Below are positions 38,324 through 47,163 of a stretch of 64,000 nucleotides of DNA, one piece after another. The stretch is taken from contig JAEHCQ010000002.1 in the NCBI GenBank assembly GCA_020696385.1, forward strand, positions 64,001 through 128,000, written 5' to 3'. The notes under the pieces are model-generated. The model saw only the letters and a list, made by a program, of their open reading frames with translations. It had not been told where the DNA came from and ran no database searches. The position numbers and the translations under genes are program-made. The DNA comes from Methanobacteriota archaeon. Its GTDB lineage: Archaea; Thermoplasmatota; Thermoplasmata; SG8-5; JAGLSY01. How positions within the stretch are numbered: the first letter of the stretch is position 1; the number at the start of each line of letters is the position of its first letter.

Positions 38324-40992
38324 ATGCGCAAACTGAAATGGCAAAGCCATCAATGATATTTGGACTTACCAATAATCTGAGAAAGATAGCATCGGAGGAG
38401 TCAAAGCATCCGAGATTCGTCATAGTCCTGATGTTCTTCATCCTGGGATTGTTCGGGGCATCGTGGATACCCTTCCTCCCATGGTGGATGGCGATCATCG
38501 TGGCTTTCATCATTGCCGCGATATCATATGGTTTTCCATTCCTATCAATGGTCGTGCTCAGTATTTTCGTAATAGGAGCTGCTGGATATCAGACCGCGGA
38601 GTTCGGACTGTTCATGATGCTCTTCTCCATGGTGGTATTGATAATATCCATGTTCGATTGGAAACTGGGATTCCTGGTATTCCTTTCGATATTCCTGTCC
38701 AGGTTCGGGCTTTCATTGATGGTGCCAATGGTGGCAGCCACATTGTTCCCTCTATTATTGTCCCTATCCACCATCGTGCTCACAGGGGTGTTCCTCACCT
38801 TCATGACCACATGTGGAAACTTGACAGTCGCGGGTATGCTGGTTGGCCCAGTACATGATACCAGCTTCATAGCCTTTTACAAGCCAGTAGTTACTAACTT
38901 CGTACCTTCTGACCTTGGTTCCGCCCTGGGCTCGATCCAGAACGCGGAGATGGACATGATGGGGCAGGTCATAGGTGATAATCTTGGCCTTTCAATAATG
39001 CCCATAATCCAGGTAATATTATGGGGATTCGTGGCCTTCCTGGTATACTGGTTCTTCAACAGAAAGAGATCACATGGCAAGAAGTTAGATGTCAAGATGA
39101 CACTACTGCCAGCTTCAATAGCCGCAGGGGTCTTCATCGGATCTTTAAGCTTCATGCTCACACCAACCACAAATGGAATACTGGCAGGCATCATAATCAT
39201 TCCAATGGTCATGGCCTCCATCCTTCTTGGGAAGGCAGGACATGAGTATTTCTTCACTTACTTTGTCAATCTGGAGATCGAGACCAATGTCGGAACCAGG
39301 ATATCGGAGATGGATAATCTGGGAGAAAGCAGTTTCCAATTGATCGGGGGTCTGGATGATGTTAAAGAAGATATCAAGGAATCCATCATGATGCCGCTTT
39401 TGATGAGCGATATAACTGCCAAATATGGCGTGGAAGCTCCTCATGGTATCCTTCTCTTTGGTCCACCAGGTTGTGGAAAGACAATGCTGATGAAGGCACT
39501 GGCCAATGAGCTCAAGGTGGAGATGATCACCATAAAATGTTCCGATATCATGTCAAAATGGTATGGGGAGAGTGAGAACAAGCTCGCGGACTTATTTGAA
39601 ACTGCAAGGGAGAGAAGGCCATGTATCATCTTCTTTGATGACATGGAAGCAATGGCCAAGCACAGAGACCTGTACGCTGGAGATGATGTCACACCAAGAC
39701 TTTTGAGTATCATGCTGGCCGAGCTTGACGGTATGGATAATGCCGCAGGCATCATACTTGTCGGAACCACGAACAAGCCAGAGCTTATAGATCCGGCTCT
39801 TCTCAGGCCTGGAAGGTTCGACAAGATCATATACGTACCACCGCCAGATGTCGATGAGAGAATGGAAATCCTCAAGGTCCATCTGCGCAACAGGCCGGTA
39901 GAAGAGAATATCGACATGCGCCTTGCTGCATTGAAATCAGAAAGGTTCTCGGGAGCGGATCTTTCAAACCTTGCCAAAGAGGCCGCGGTCATCGCGATGA
40001 GAAGATCTGTGGAGAGTGGTGAAGATTCAGTGATCACTGGAGAGGATCTTGTAACAGTGGCCACGACAGTCAAACCCAGTATCAATCTGGCCATGCTGAA
40101 AGAATATGAGCTTCTCAAAATGGATTATGAAAGGAAGATGCATCATGGCGAGAGAGATGAGAAATGGCAGAAGATCAAATGGGAAGATGTTGCAGGCGCG
40201 GATAGAACAAAGAAGGATATCCGCGGATATATCGATATCCTGACCAAAGAGCCTAAGATATTGGAAGATTTCCGCCTGAAGACAGGACGTGGGATGTTAT
40301 TGTTCGGACCTCCTGGTTGCGGAAAGAGCCATATTATGAAGGCCGCGGCCAATGAGCTGAAGATACCTTTGCAGGTCATAAGCGCGCCCGAGATGATAGG
40401 AACTGGTTTGGGAACCATGCCAGTTAATCAAATATTCTTCCGGGCGAGGGAGAACACGCCGTCAATTCTGATGATAGAGAACATCGATGCCCTGGGATCA
40501 AGAGAATCATTCGAGAATCCAGAGGCTTTCAATGTGATATCCCAGATACTTGATGAGGTCGACAATGTCGAGGCCAGGGAGCATGTGCTTATAGTGGCAA
40601 CCACCAATGATCCGGACAGCCTTCACCCCAGCTTGATGAGGCCAGGTAGGTTCGATAAGATATTCCTAGTACCACCACCCAGCTCCAAGGCCAGGAAAGA
40701 GACCTTTAAGATCTATCTGAAATACATACCAATAGCATCCGATGTTGATGACGAACTACTGGATATACTGGCGATGAAGACCAGTGGATACAGCAATGCG
40801 GATATAGCCGCCATAGTCGATGAAGCAAAGCTTACAGCGGTCGTCAACAATGATCCAGATGGTGAAGTGTGTGAAAGAACTGTGTGCAAGGACCATCTAT
40901 TGAATGCGCTAAAAATGGTGGAGACATCCATCACGAAGGAATATCTGGAATCGACAAAGAAGTTCATGGAGAGATACAAAGTGAGGAAGTAA
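38320..40992 (+). CDS. Polytopic membrane domain fused to tandem Cdc48/VAT-type AAA+ domains
   Basis: About 310-aa hydrophobic N-terminus. D1: IGGL, GPPGCGKT, SKWYGESE, DPALLRPGRFD, FSGADL. D2: W.DVAG, GPPGCGKS, RPGRFD, YSNADI. Confidence 0.92.
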   Translation: MNAQTEMAKPSMIFGLTNNLRKIASEESKHPRFVIVLMFFILGLFGASWIPFLPWWMAIIVAFIIAAISYGFPFLSMVVLSIFVIGAAGYQTAEFGLFMMLFSMVVLIISMFDWKLGFLVFLSIFLSRFGLSLMVPMVAATLFPLLLSLSTIVLTGVFLTFMTTCGNLTVAGMLVGPVHDTSFIAFYKPVVTNFVPSDLGSALGSIQNAEMDMMGQVIGDNLGLSIMPIIQVILWGFVAFLVYWFFNRKRSHGKKLDVKMTLLPASIAAGVFIGSLSFMLTPTTNGILAGIIIIPMVMASILLGKAGHEYFFTYFVNLEIETNVGTRISEMDNLGESSFQLIGGLDDVKEDIKESIMMPLLMSDITAKYGVEAPHGILLFGPPGCGKTMLMKALANELKVEMITIKCSDIMSKWYGESENKLADLFETARERRPCIIFFDDMEAMAKHRDLYAGDDVTPRLLSIMLAELDGMDNAAGIILVGTTNKPELIDPALLRPGRFDKIIYVPPPDVDERMEILKVHLRNRPVEENIDMRLAALKSERFSGADLSNLAKEAAVIAMRRSVESGEDSVITGEDLVTVATTVKPSINLAMLKEYELLKMDYERKMHHGERDEKWQKIKWEDVAGADRTKKDIRGYIDILTKEPKILEDFRLKTGRGMLLFGPPGCGKSHIMKAAANELKIPLQVISAPEMIGTGLGTMPVNQIFFRARENTPSILMIENIDALGSRESFENPEAFNVISQILDEVDNVEAREHVLIVATTNDPDSLHPSLMRPGRFDKIFLVPPPSSKARKETFKIYLKYIPIASDVDDELLDILAMKTSGYSNADIAAIVDEAKLTAVVNNDPDGEVCERTVCKDHLLNALKMVETSITKEYLESTKKFMERYKVRK

Positions 40993-40993
40993 G

Positions 40994-41335
40994 ATGGAAA
41001 CATTATCCTGGATACTGATCATATCCACAATAATCTTTGCCGCACTTGGGATCTGGGGAATACGATACCCCAGATCGGCCAAAGATTGGAATAAAGATAG
41101 AGCGGAGACCATGTCCTTGTTCTTCAGTATGATGATTTTCCTGGTCTTTTTCCTTTTGATGTGGTACGTGGTCGGGGTGATCGACTGGCCAGATTCCATG
41201 GATCTCATTATCTGGAGCTCGATCATAATATTCCTGTCACTTATCCTGGCAGCCATATTCTTGCCAAAAGGTACGATGATGAACTGGGGCAAGAAGGGTA
41301 AGAAGGTGAAGACCGCGGACGACGATGACGATTGA
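40994..41335 (+). CDS. Small three-TM membrane protein
   Basis: Three hydrophobic segments and a charged tail; starts 1 nt after the AAA stop codon. Confidence 0.75.
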   Translation: METLSWILIISTIIFAALGIWGIRYPRSAKDWNKDRAETMSLFFSMMIFLVFFLLMWYVVGVIDWPDSMDLIIWSSIIIFLSLILAAIFLPKGTMMNWGKKGKKVKTADDDDD

Positions 41336-41363
41336 TAATAAACATCTAAATTATTAAAAATGA

Positions 41364-41396
41364 AGATCCAGGGGTGTTTCAAACACCCCTGGATCT
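41364..41396. terminator. Perfect 16-bp inverted repeat between convergent genes; probable bidirectional terminator
   Basis: agatccaggggtgttt-c-aaacacccctggatct. Confidence 0.65.
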
Positions 41397-41437
41397 ATTG
41401 TTTAGGAATTGGCTCATCACCTATGATTAATATTGAT

Positions 41438-42697
41438 TCATCTGTGGTGAAGTTCCTTCGCCGCGATAACACTCAGACCCTTCTTGGTCAAAGCATCTGC
41501 CGTCTTGTTAACAGCCAAGTGCTTGTCCATGTAATTCTGGGTTAGGTCATCCATCATCCCGTTCTTTATGACATCTTCCTTGGGCAGGAAGTATTCCAGT
41601 ATGTCAGATGGATGGCTTCTTGACTCCTCGATGTCCATATCCCCGCCCTCGTGCTTGGCACTGATGTTCGGAACGGTCTTGGCAATATGCATCAATTCAT
41701 CACGACGGTCGTATGGCTGGCGCACGATGCTCTTGTATGATTCGAATATATGATGTTCGAATCTGACCACATCGTCCAGGTTCATGGCCTTTCTGATCTC
41801 CGCACTTATCTCGATGGTCTCATTATTCACCGAATTGGAGAAGTTGAAACCAATAAGGGAAGTTGTGCCGTCCCCTCTGCTGAATAATTTGGCAGCCATC
41901 AGGGTCCAGAATATGGAGTATGGATTGTCATTACCCATGAATACCGATATTTTAAACTCATTGTTCACACCCAGCTTGTGAAGCATGTAGGCCAGCATCA
42001 CAGTTCCTGGGTTGACATTGAGCACCTGGTTAACACCGTAATTTGTGTAATAATACAGGAACTCGTCGATCCATTTTAGTCCATAATCATTTGGCTGGCC
42101 CACACCACCGAAATAACCGGTGATGGTCTCCGGACCGCCAAGATGGACATTGGATCCGTCCGTTCCTTTGGTGTCCAGTGTCTCACAAACACTGGCGCCA
42201 ATGATCTTCATCGCGGCCTGAACCGCCAAAAGATCATTATCATCTTCTTGCTCCTTCATCATTCGAACACGAATGAAACGACCTGGCATCAATTCCTGAT
42301 TGGCTATTGCCTGTCTGGCTTCCTTCATGAAGAAAGGAAAGTACTGAAGAGCACTGATCTCAAGAGTTACGGCGATGTCATCATCGAACTCCAGCCCAGC
42401 AGCATTATCACCCACTATCTTCTTCTTGTAATCCTGAATACTGATGAAAGCTCCATTGTCCCTCTGTTCTATCAGCCATTTAAGATCCGCAAGGTATGGT
42501 GAGTTCTTGGCTTCCAGCTGGCCAAGGAGATTCTCCAGCTTTCCAGCCTCCTCCGCCTTCCTGTTTATCTCATCCACTCCGCCATACTTGTCAATGATAG
42601 CAAGGAGATCATTGACCAACCTGTTATCTGGATCCATTAGAAAATCATTTATCTCATTCAATCTTTTATCAGATATCTTTAACATTTCTCTGCTCAT
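41438..42697 (-). CDS. Soluble protein of unknown function (enzyme-like)
   Basis: 419 aa from ATG 42697 with GGAGG RBS; Gly/Asp/His-rich motif block ETLDTKGTDGSNVHLGGPETITGYFGGVGQPND. Confidence 0.75.
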   Translation of the reverse strand: MSREMLKISDKRLNEINDFLMDPDNRLVNDLLAIIDKYGGVDEINRKAEEAGKLENLLGQLEAKNSPYLADLKWLIEQRDNGAFISIQDYKKKIVGDNAAGLEFDDDIAVTLEISALQYFPFFMKEARQAIANQELMPGRFIRVRMMKEQEDDNDLLAVQAAMKIIGASVCETLDTKGTDGSNVHLGGPETITGYFGGVGQPNDYGLKWIDEFLYYYTNYGVNQVLNVNPGTVMLAYMLHKLGVNNEFKISVFMGNDNPYSIFWTLMAAKLFSRGDGTTSLIGFNFSNSVNNETIEISAEIRKAMNLDDVVRFEHHIFESYKSIVRQPYDRRDELMHIAKTVPNISAKHEGGDMDIEESRSHPSDILEYFLPKEDVIKNGMMDDLTQNYMDKHLAVNKTADALTKKGLSVIAAKELHHR

Positions 42698-42795
42698 ATT
42701 TTTGCCTCCCGATATATAAAACGGTATTGAAATAGGGTTAATAAAGATTGTGAAATTCAATAAATACTTTAAGCATTGAGACCATATTAGATATT

Positions 42796-43191
42796 GTGGA
42801 CTATGAGAAGACACTGGAGGATATCCAGGAAGCCCTGGAGCTATTAGCCAGTCAGCCCGATATTCCGATAATCGTGGAAGGCCGCAAGGATGTCAGGGCC
42901 TTGCGGGAGCTTGGAATTGAGGGGGTCATAATAATTTTGAATGATGGCAATTCGATAATAGACACCTGCACGAGTTTATCGAAAGAACACTCAAAAGCCA
43001 TAATCCTCACCGATTGGGACAGGAAAGGTGGACAGCTGGCTCGCCTGCTGATGGAAGCACTGGAGGCCAATGACATGAAATATGACACTGATATTAGAGC
43101 GACGATATCCAGGCTGTCGAAAAAAGAAATAAAAGATATTGAGTCATTGCCGAAATACTTAGCCAGGCTGGAAGAGAAGGTGAGAGGATAG
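42796..43191 (+). CDS. Stand-alone TOPRIM-domain protein (small primase-like/UPF0292)
   Basis: IIVEG.KD..AL..LG and IILTDWD..G. Confidence 0.88.
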   Translation: MDYEKTLEDIQEALELLASQPDIPIIVEGRKDVRALRELGIEGVIIILNDGNSIIDTCTSLSKEHSKAIILTDWDRKGGQLARLLMEALEANDMKYDTDIRATISRLSKKEIKDIESLPKYLARLEEKVRG

Positions 43192-43236
43192 ACCGCAAGT
43201 CTAATATGTGGGACTTGCGATTCTCAGTGTAGAGGG

Positions 43237-43818
43237 TTGAGGGTGGACACAGAAAATAAAGATGAATATTTTGAATTCCTGAATAATAAAAAGCCCCAGG
43301 CAAACCTATTTTTAAAGTCTGATAAACCTTATATTTGGAATGATCTGCATAAACAATTAATGAGCACTGCCATTATCGGCATAGTGGTCTTTTCTATAAC
43401 TCATATTTTGGGAGTTCTATTTCCAGTTGGATCTGATACATTTTCTTTAGAAGGGTTTTTTACGAACTGGGCATGGGTATTTGTAGTTCTGGGATTCATT
43501 TTGATCATAATGGCGATGATCTCTTTGAGAAATACTGGCTATTATAGATATGTGGTTTTTTTACCAGGGGAAATTCCAGAACAATATGAATCCATATTGG
43601 AAGATAAATTGAAAGATATTGGGGCAGATTTATTAATTATCAATCAAGGAGATCCCTTCAATAATGATCAAATTAAACCTAATTTGGTGATGATTGGTAA
43701 AGTCAGCGCAAGACCTGTTTTAACAGTTTATGTAGAGATCGAGTCTCATCAGGAGGATTTTGCAATCATTCGAAAACCTATTGACGAGTCCTTTGTATGG
43801 ATAGAAAGTAATGTTTGA
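43237..43818 (+). CDS. Hypothetical two-TM membrane protein, AT-rich
   Basis: 193-aa ORF with two hydrophobic segments; flanked by hairpins at 43194-43219 and 43808-43831. Confidence 0.55.
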   Translation: MRVDTENKDEYFEFLNNKKPQANLFLKSDKPYIWNDLHKQLMSTAIIGIVVFSITHILGVLFPVGSDTFSLEGFFTNWAWVFVVLGFILIIMAMISLRNTGYYRYVVFLPGEIPEQYESILEDKLKDIGADLLIINQGDPFNNDQIKPNLVMIGKVSARPVLTVYVEIESHQEDFAIIRKPIDESFVWIESNV

Positions 43819-43848
43819 TCAAAAACATTACCTCTGCCCAAATTCCAC

Positions 43849-43912
43849 ACCCGGCTTAACAAACTATTCTCCCAACAAGGGTGGGTCTCAGTGTGTTGTC
43901 AGTGAGGTGGGG
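43849..43912 (+). repeat. Non-coding repeat module A, copy 1
   Basis: 55/64 nt identical by manual alignment to 59545-59608, same orientation. Confidence 0.85.
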
Positions 43913-43961
43913 GCCTGGAAGGCGGGAGATACAATAATATGCAGAGCGATAATTATGCGAA

Positions 43962-44158
43962 CATGCCCCGTCTGGATGATTCATATAATATTTAGCAGGG
44001 CGGGGTACTATATTCGGTGATGATTCAAGTGACAGTTGCGATGTGCCAGTAGGAAAATAAACTCCTCGCTCAAGACAAGTCTAAGTTCATATTTCTAGCC
44101 TTGTTCAAAATGCGAGGAGGAAAATAAAGCCCCGCCTCGATCAAAGCAGGGGCGGGGT
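43962..44158 (+). repeat. Non-coding two-hairpin repeat module B, copy 1 (carries a nested insertion)
   Basis: 43962-44016 is 50/55 identical to the reverse complement of 59446-59500. Second GCCCCG..GGCGGGG hairpin at 44129-44158. Confidence 0.8.
44062..44119. mobile_element. 58-bp MITE-like insertion with 8-bp terminal inverted repeats and a 9-bp flanking direct repeat
   Basis: gaaaataaa | ctcctcgc ... gcgaggag | gaaaataaa. Absent from the homologous copy at 59.4 kb. Confidence 0.6.
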
Positions 44159-44266
44159 CCTTATCCTCACCCAACATAACAAACGAACACGACACACCTC
44201 CGCCCTAGCTTATCAAATACTCATTTCCCACCACAAACCCTTTTATTCCCCCACCTCAATGTACAA

Positions 44267-44764
44267 ATGGTGGAAAAAATGGAATTATTAACCGTCAAAA
44301 TAAACAACCCGGATGAACTGAACATCATCATAGGCCAATCGCATTTTATCAAGACCGCGGAAGACATCTACGAGGCCATGGTGAACACCGTGCCCAATGT
44401 GAAGTTCGGTGTAGCTTTCTGCGAGGCCTCGGTCAATCGCCTGGTCAGGGTGGAGGGAAATGATGATGAATTGAAAAAACTGGCTGCGGAAAATGCGTAT
44501 GCGATCTCCGCCGGTCACATATTCTTCCTCATCATGAGGGACGCGTTCCCTATCAATGTCCTCAGGTCGATAAAGAATGTACCTGAGGTCTGCAATATAT
44601 TCTGCGCCACTGCCAATGCCGTTGAAGTGATAATTGCGGAAAGCGAGCAGGGGCGAGGTATATTGGGTGTCATAGATGGCCAGCCCCCACTTGGGATCGA
44701 GGATGCGGAAGCAGAGGCCACGAGGAAGGAATTCCTGAGGAAGATCGGATACAAGCGATCATGA
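44267..44764 (+). CDS. Adenosine-specific kinase family (DUF355)
   Basis: NIIIGQSHFIKT.ED, FG.AFCEAS, AGH.F, FCATAN, QGRGILGVIDG, RK.FLR.IGYKR. Confidence 0.9.
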   Translation: MVEKMELLTVKINNPDELNIIIGQSHFIKTAEDIYEAMVNTVPNVKFGVAFCEASVNRLVRVEGNDDELKKLAAENAYAISAGHIFFLIMRDAFPINVLRSIKNVPEVCNIFCATANAVEVIIAESEQGRGILGVIDGQPPLGIEDAEAEATRKEFLRKIGYKRS

Positions 44765-44838
44765 GTGTGATCAATCCTTTGTTTGGCATAAAATCATAAA
44801 ACCAAATACCTAAATATCGATGACCATTTCTACCCCTG

Positions 44839-47124
44839 ATGGTAGAGGAAAGCCAGCCTATTAGTGATACGAAAGTCGAGGTCAAATTGAAGAGAGACCT
44901 CGGTCTCTTCAGTATTTTGATGATCGGGCTTGGGCCGACACTTGGTTCCACCATCTTTCTTCTTGTAGGATTTGGCCTTGAGATCGCAGGACCTGGGCTT
45001 GTGCTTGTTTTTGTCCTGAACTTCATTGTCACGGTCTTCACAGCCATGGCCTATGCCGAGCTCAGTAGTGCCTTCCCTGATACTGGAGGAGGGTATCTGT
45101 GGGTGAAGGAAGGAATGCCACAACCTATTGGTTTCCTGGCGGGCTGGATGTCCTGGTTCGGGCATTGTATCGTGACAAGTTTCTACGTCTTTGGTTTTGG
45201 AAAAGGAGTTATGTGGATACTGGAGGCTAATGAGATCGCCATACCCTTTGACGCAGACCTTCTTGTGAAATCATTGGCAGTCGCAGTGTGTTTGGTCTTC
45301 ATTTTGATCAACTACAGAGGGACAAAAGAAACTGGTAAATCCAGTATCTATATCACACTTGTTCTCATCGTCATTATATCCATATTCATCATTTCTGGAA
45401 TTATCTACATAATTCTAAATCCTGGAGCGCATGGAGGGGATGTGACCTCGGTCGTCAGCAATCCGATACCAAATGGCTGGGGTTCTATCCTGATAGCCAT
45501 GGGATTCACATTCATTGTTTTCGAGGGTTATGAGATAATCTCTCAATGTGGAGAGGAATGTATCGATCCTCTCAAAAATGTGCCAAAGGCAAGCTGGCTA
45601 TGTATCATCATATCCACCATCATCTTCGTCCTGGTGGCCGCTGTTTGTACAGGGGTGATTGACTGGACGACCATCGGGCACACGGTTGCAGGAGATGATG
45701 TTGTGGCCCACGTGGCAGACATCACTATTCCCAAATACGGTATACTTCTGGTAGCCACAGGTGTTATCCTCGGAACACTGGCAGCTATCAACTCCACCTT
45801 ATTTTCATCATCCAGGGTGTCATACGCCATGGGTCGTGATGGAGCCCTTCCTGATGCCTTTGGCACACTCAGTAAAAAGAAGAACACGCCTCATGTGGCC
45901 ATATTCACCAGTGGAGCCATCGTCATAATGATGACATTGTTCCTCCCAATCGAGGATATCGCAGCTTCGGCCGATATCATGTTCCTTCTGCTCTTCTTCT
46001 TCGTGAACCTGGCTGCCATCACTCTCAGGTATAAAAGACCGGATATCAAACGGCATTATATGATGCCATTCTTCCCATGGGTCCCGATAATCGGTATTGG
46101 AACTAAATTTGTTCTGGCCATAGGATTGTGGTGGGAGTTCCCCATGGCCTGGGTAATTGCCGTCGTGTGGATCGAGATCGGCCTGATGGCCTTCTATCTG
46201 TATGGTGGAAAGGAGAAGATCGAGAAGACCGATCACCCGGATGAAGTAGCTGAAAGGGCAAGCAAAAAGAAGGGAAAGAAATACAAGATCCTGGTACCTG
46301 TTACAAGCGATGAGCAGAGATCTCTTGTTAAGTTCGCCGCCCTGGTCGCCAGAGTGGAGAATGCGGAGATATACCTGGTTAAGGTGATCGAGCAGGCAAA
46401 GGGTGAGCCCGTGGATTCGATGGCCTATAAAGAACTGGCACCTCATATCAAGGTAGTGGACAAGCTGAAGAAGATACTTGACAGAGAGCAGATAAAATGC
46501 CACAGTAAAGTCCTGATCTCCAGGCTGGCTTCCGATGCGATACTGGATCTCATAAATGAAGAAAAGATAGATCTGACGATAATCGGATGGAGAGGACAGA
46601 CAAAGCCTGGTCAGATCTTTGGACACAATATTGATGAAATGGTCCAGAAGGCGAACAGTGATGTCATCGTGTTCAAATCCAAAGAGATGAGCAAGGAAGT
46701 GAAGAAGATACTCGTGGTCTCCACCCCCGAGTGGCATTCCAGTTATGCGACCAATTATTCGATTCTTATCGCGAAACAGGATTATTCCCACATCACGATA
46801 TTCAGCGCAAGCGCGACCGAGGCTAAAAGAATTGAGGAAGACAAGTATGCGGACAAATTGACGCAGTTATGCCACATTCATGATGTCGAGTATACGAAGA
46901 AGGTCATCATGGTCGATAATATCGAGGATGCCATAGTGAAAGAAGCCGCTGATCATGACCTGGTTGTCTTCGGAGCCGCAGAAGAATGGACATTGAAGAA
47001 GTATGCCTTTGGCAGTATGCAGGACAGGATGGCGAAAAGTATACAGAAGCCAATACTCATGGTGAGGAAGATCACACAAAGATCCAACATATCGGATGAT
47101 CCAGTATCTGATAAAGAGGATTAG
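44839..47124 (+). CDS. APC-family amino acid permease fused to two universal stress protein (USP) domains
   Basis: LKRDLGL, AYAELSSAFP..GGGY, FEGYE, SRV..AMGRDG.LP; USP motifs KILVP, DL.IIGWRG, KILV, DLVVFGA. Confidence 0.92.
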   Translation: MVEESQPISDTKVEVKLKRDLGLFSILMIGLGPTLGSTIFLLVGFGLEIAGPGLVLVFVLNFIVTVFTAMAYAELSSAFPDTGGGYLWVKEGMPQPIGFLAGWMSWFGHCIVTSFYVFGFGKGVMWILEANEIAIPFDADLLVKSLAVAVCLVFILINYRGTKETGKSSIYITLVLIVIISIFIISGIIYIILNPGAHGGDVTSVVSNPIPNGWGSILIAMGFTFIVFEGYEIISQCGEECIDPLKNVPKASWLCIIISTIIFVLVAAVCTGVIDWTTIGHTVAGDDVVAHVADITIPKYGILLVATGVILGTLAAINSTLFSSSRVSYAMGRDGALPDAFGTLSKKKNTPHVAIFTSGAIVIMMTLFLPIEDIAASADIMFLLLFFFVNLAAITLRYKRPDIKRHYMMPFFPWVPIIGIGTKFVLAIGLWWEFPMAWVIAVVWIEIGLMAFYLYGGKEKIEKTDHPDEVAERASKKKGKKYKILVPVTSDEQRSLVKFAALVARVENAEIYLVKVIEQAKGEPVDSMAYKELAPHIKVVDKLKKILDREQIKCHSKVLISRLASDAILDLINEEKIDLTIIGWRGQTKPGQIFGHNIDEMVQKANSDVIVFKSKEMSKEVKKILVVSTPEWHSSYATNYSILIAKQDYSHITIFSASATEAKRIEEDKYADKLTQLCHIHDVEYTKKVIMVDNIEDAIVKEAADHDLVVFGAAEEWTLKKYAFGSMQDRMAKSIQKPILMVRKITQRSNISDDPVSDKED

Positions 47125-47163
47125 TTCTCACTATACCTGTTAATATTGATGAAGTATTTTGAA

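Noticed and set aside
38320-40992. FtsH or LonB membrane protease
   Set aside because: Two Cdc48-type AAA modules and no HExxH or Ser-Lys protease domain.
42796-43191. Defence-system (OLD/Gabija-like) TOPRIM nuclease
   Set aside because: Small stand-alone archaeal TOPRIM protein with no ATPase partner.
43854-43960. Integron attC site (gcttaac fits RYYYAAC after an orphan gene)
   Set aside because: No matching GTTRRRY end, the AAC is not conserved in copy 2, and no integrase is present.
43811-44020. 69-aa ORF over repeat modules A and B (and 59506-59733)
   Set aside because: The two copies do not preserve frame or orientation, and substitutions are not biased to synonymous sites.
45820-46791. 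323-aa minus-strand ORF
   Set aside because: Antisense to the APC-USP permease; no motifs.
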